NCBI RefSeq assembly: GCF_009914755.1
Contig: NC_060941.1
Origin: the human T2T-CHM13v2.0 reference genome, Homo sapiens
Reading direction: 5' to 3' (one strand)
Length of the DNA: 64,000 nt
The position numbers and the translations under genes are program-made. This document shows positions 51,334 through 64,000 of the stretch, piece by piece. Each line of letters begins with the position of its first letter. The stretch's first letter is position 1. The notes beneath the pieces are model-generated. The model did not search any database, was not told where the DNA came from, and saw nothing but the letters and a program-made list of their open reading frames with translations.

Positions 51334-51836
51334 TGCTGTGGTTTCAATGTCCCCCCAAATTCATGTGTTGAAACTTAATCTCCATTGTGGTAGTAGTGAG
51401 AAGTAGGGCCTTTTGGGAAGTGGTTAACTCATGAATGAATTAGCACCTTAGAAAAGGGCTGGAGGGAGCTAGCTGAGACCCTTTTGCTCTTCCTCTCTTC
51501 ACCAGGTGAGGGCACAGCATTCATGTCCTGTTGCCCTTCCCCCCTCTGTCATGTGAGGATGTTGTTGCAAGAAGATGCTTTTACTGGAACAGACCCTCAA
51601 AGAAGCTGCCAGTGCTTTGATCTTGGACTTGCTCGCCTCCAGAACTGTGAGAAAAAAAAAATTCTATTATTTATAAATTACCCAGTCTGTGTTATTTTGC
51701 TCTTGCAGTACAAACCAGGCAGACCAACCTACCTGTGCCTAGGTGGTCCGCAAAAAAATGTAGCCTTCACAGCAGTGTTCGCAGAGCCAGCCCACATTCA
51801 TGGATTCATAGAAGTCTAAGTCCTGGCAAACTGACA
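51334..51836 (+). mobile_element. MST-family MaLR LTR within L2 remnants
   Basis: Starts tgctgtggtttcaatgtccccccaaattcatgtgttgaaacttaatc; the 3' end is interrupted by a 118-bp copied segment. Confidence 0.8.
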
Positions 51837-51919
51837 GAAGAGCTATGGCATTGGGAGAGTGGGAATCTAAATTTTAGATGAGATAGCTAAGGATACCTCA
51901 ATTAAAATGTGACATTGTA

Positions 51920-53790
<1,871 letters not shown>

Positions 53791-54520
53791 GACTTTGGAG
53801 TTGAAACTTGAAGAAGATGAGGAAGCCAGCTGTGTGAATTTCAAGCCAGCCAGCTGTCTTTTCTGGCAGGGAGAATAGTAAGTGCAAAGGCCCTGAGGAG
53901 GGTGCATGTCCATTTTGTTCTGAGAACAACAAGCAGGGCAGAGGAAGTGGGAAAGAGTGACTGATGGAAAGAATGAGAATGAGGTCAGAGAGGTAATGAA
54001 GTGAGGGCAATACAGGGCTTTGTATCAGACCCCATTAGAGCTGCACCTTACATGCTATCAGCCATCCTTTAACTCCAGCTACTGCTTAGGCAATTAGCAG
54101 CACAGATGTAATCCCACAGCACCTCTTCTGATGGCTATTTATCTCTTGCTCCTTCCCCACTGTGGCATGGAACACTTGCATGAACCCCTTAGCCCTGTGC
54201 ATGCCAGGAATCCTTATGGGGTATGGGAGCAAATGGATAATTACATCCTTCTTCTATCCTTTGCAGGACCATTCTGAGGGAATACAGAGATAGCTTGTTG
54301 AGATTCCTCAGAGGGACCCAGCTCCAATTTTGCCCATTGTGGAGGTCAGCTCAATAACACACACTTGGATTTCCTTTCCTTCCTTCCTTGTTTCACTTTT
54401 CAAACAGTCTTCATTTGGGGAATCATTTTTAACCATAAACTACCTGCACACAGCCCTATACCAGGCTCTACTTTGGGTGGGGAGGAAACCAGAGCTAAGA
54501 CAACTAGTAGATCATAGTAA

Positions 54521-54940
<420 letters not shown>

Positions 54941-55239
54941 AGAACTTCAGCTTTTACTCAAAGTGAGATGGGAGCCACTGGAGAATATTTGAGCAGAGAC
55001 GTAAGGTGATCTGACTTCTACTTGAAAAGGATCACTCACTCTCACCTGCTGGGTTGAGGACAGACTGCCTTAGAAATGGCACAGTCAGGGGGACAAGTTA
55101 AGCTACTGCAATAATCCAAGTAAGAGATGATGATGTCCTGGACTAAGATGGTGGCTGTGGAGGTGGTGATCAAAGTTAACTTCTGAATAAATGTTGAAGG
55201 TGGAGCCTATGGATTTGCTCATGAATTGGATGTGGGTTA

Positions 55240-55607
55240 GTACCATAGACAAAATGTGTTCCCTAGTTTCCAATTCATATGCTGCAACCCTAACCCCCCA
55301 GTGTGATGGTATAAGGAGGCAGGGCCTTTGAAAAGTAATTACATCATGATAGTGGAGTCTTCATGAATGGGATTAGTGCTTTTACACAGAACTCTGAAAT
55401 GGTCAGAGTTCTTTCCTTTTGCCATGTGAGGACACAAGGAGAAGATGGTTGTCTACGAGCCAGAAAGTGGCCCTCACTAGACACAGAATCTGCCAGCACC
55501 TCAATCTTGGACTTCCCAACTTTCAGAAGAAATATTAACAAATGTCTATTGTTGAAGCCCTGCAGCCTATGGTATTTTGTTATAGCAGCCTGAGCAGAAT
55601 AAAACAC
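55240..55607 (+). mobile_element. MLT1A/B-like LTR
   Basis: gccatgtgaggacacaagg...gaatctgccagcacc...gtattttgttatagcagcctgagcag. Confidence 0.82.
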
Positions 55608-55634
55608 TCTATATTCTCAAGATCCACTTTGGAA

Positions 55635-58793
<3,159 letters not shown>

Positions 58794-58882
58794 TATTTGC
58801 TTTATTTAAAGATTATCATTTGTTTTCCAAAAATTAAAGATCTTGTATATATTAAATTGATCTTTTATTTTTATGTATCGAG

Positions 58883-59695
<813 letters not shown>

Positions 59696-59749
59696 GTATT
59701 GAGTTCTAAAATCTATAAAGTTAGAACAACAGTGAAAGACTTCTTTTGT

Positions 59750-60278
59750 CATATGGTGAACCCCAACATTGGGGTTCAGCCTGGGAGGCTGCATGGGTTC
59801 TTGGCTTTGCATAGAATGGAATTCAAGAGTGAGCTTATGAAATAAAGTGAAAGCAAGTTTATTAGGAAAGTAAAGGAATAAAAGGGTGGCTAATCTATAG
59901 GCAGAGCAACCCTGAAGGCTGCTGGTTGGCTATTTTTATGATTATTTCTTGATCATATGCTAAACTAGGGGTGGATTTTTCATGACTTTTCCAGGAAAGG
60001 GGTGGGGAATTCCTAGAACTGAGGGTCCCTCCCCTTCAGACCATGTGGGGTAACTTCTGGATGTTGTCATGGCATTTGTAAGCTGTCTTGGGGCTGGTGG
60101 GAGTTTCCTTTAGTAGGCTAATATATTATAATTAGCATATAATGAGCAGTGAGGACGACCAGAGGTTGCTTTCATTGCCATCTGGGTTTTGGCTGCCTTC
60201 TTTACCGCATCCTGTTTTATCAGCAGGGCTTTCGTGACCTGTACTTTGTGAAACCAGTCTTGCTGAACTCCTTTCTTA
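59750..60278 (-). mobile_element. MER41-family ERV1 LTR (GAS-bearing type), partial
   Basis: Aligns by eye with 34954-35476 (gggttcttgg..aattcaag..gtgaaagcaagtttatt..gggtaacttc..catggcatt..cctgttttatcagca) but has an extra ~43-bp segment. Confidence 0.8.
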
Positions 60279-60551
60279 CTTTGAAATGGACAAAGAGTAC
60301 TGAGTGTCCTGTCTAGAACACCCTTTGGGCTATCTCCACCTTTCATTGTCTTTGAGCTATTTTATAACTCCGTAAGATATAAAATACAGATAGTGATACA
60401 AATGATTCTTATCTGCAGAAATGCAAATTGTGTTCACTGATATGCAATTGAACATTGCCTTTGGATATTAACTTGTTTTACATTTACATTTATTTATTCA
60501 CTCCAGCATTCCTAATACCTATACATGTGTAGTCTTTGAATTCTCCTTTGA

Positions 60552-62110
<1,559 letters not shown>

Positions 62111-62482
62111 ATATAAAAATAATTGTCCAACTGTCATATTTTTTAAAAGTCTCCAAGCCTAACTTATCACAAAAATAAACAGACTTTGCAGTGCAGATAA
62201 GTGAAGAATATTTTCTTTCTGTATGTGTTTCTATATTATTCCATTGAGCAAAGAAATCTGAGCTGGCTAGCATTCAAGATATGGTTTGGATAAAGAGGAA
62301 GGCTTCCTGATTACAAGCTTATAACATACTCCAACAGGTTTTCTAGGAACAAGATTGGGCTTCATTGAAATACATTAAATAGGTTGTAAGATGAAATGAG
62401 AAGGGTGAAAGTGGCAATAGAAATGTCTTCAAAGAACATCTCTCCTGAATACTAGGATGAGCAAAATAAACATGCAAACTGC

Positions 62483-64000
<1,518 letters not shown>

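Overview
This is primate, very likely human, genomic DNA. The left ~20 kb holds the 5' end of ABCA5 on the minus strand, which places it at human 17q24.3: a non-coding exon 1 in a CpG island (~19.3-20.3 kb) and four coding exons (7047-6946, 5926-5722, 2053-1892, 998-910). These splice in frame to give the first 186 codons (MSTAIREVGVW...ASIDAAIIQ). Intron 1 carries an antisense processed SNRPG pseudogene with a target-site duplication. The other ~44 kb is upstream intergenic DNA dense in Alu (roughly 50 copies or fragments), L1/L2/MIR, MaLR and ERV1 solo LTRs and hAT MITEs. Almost all ORFs in the supplied track are Alu- or microsatellite-derived artefacts. I cannot support a new multi-gene system. 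The best leads are: (1) a MER41-family LTR keeping tandem STAT GAS motifs alongside a MER41A-type copy that lacks them; (2) several local templated duplications or template switches; (3) a possible AUG-containing circRNA of exons 2-3; (4) unexplained exon-like unique islands in intron 1; (5) a CTCF/GAS/CCAAT motif cluster ~8 kb upstream of the TSS. Repeat family names are from recognition by eye and repeat boundaries are approximate.
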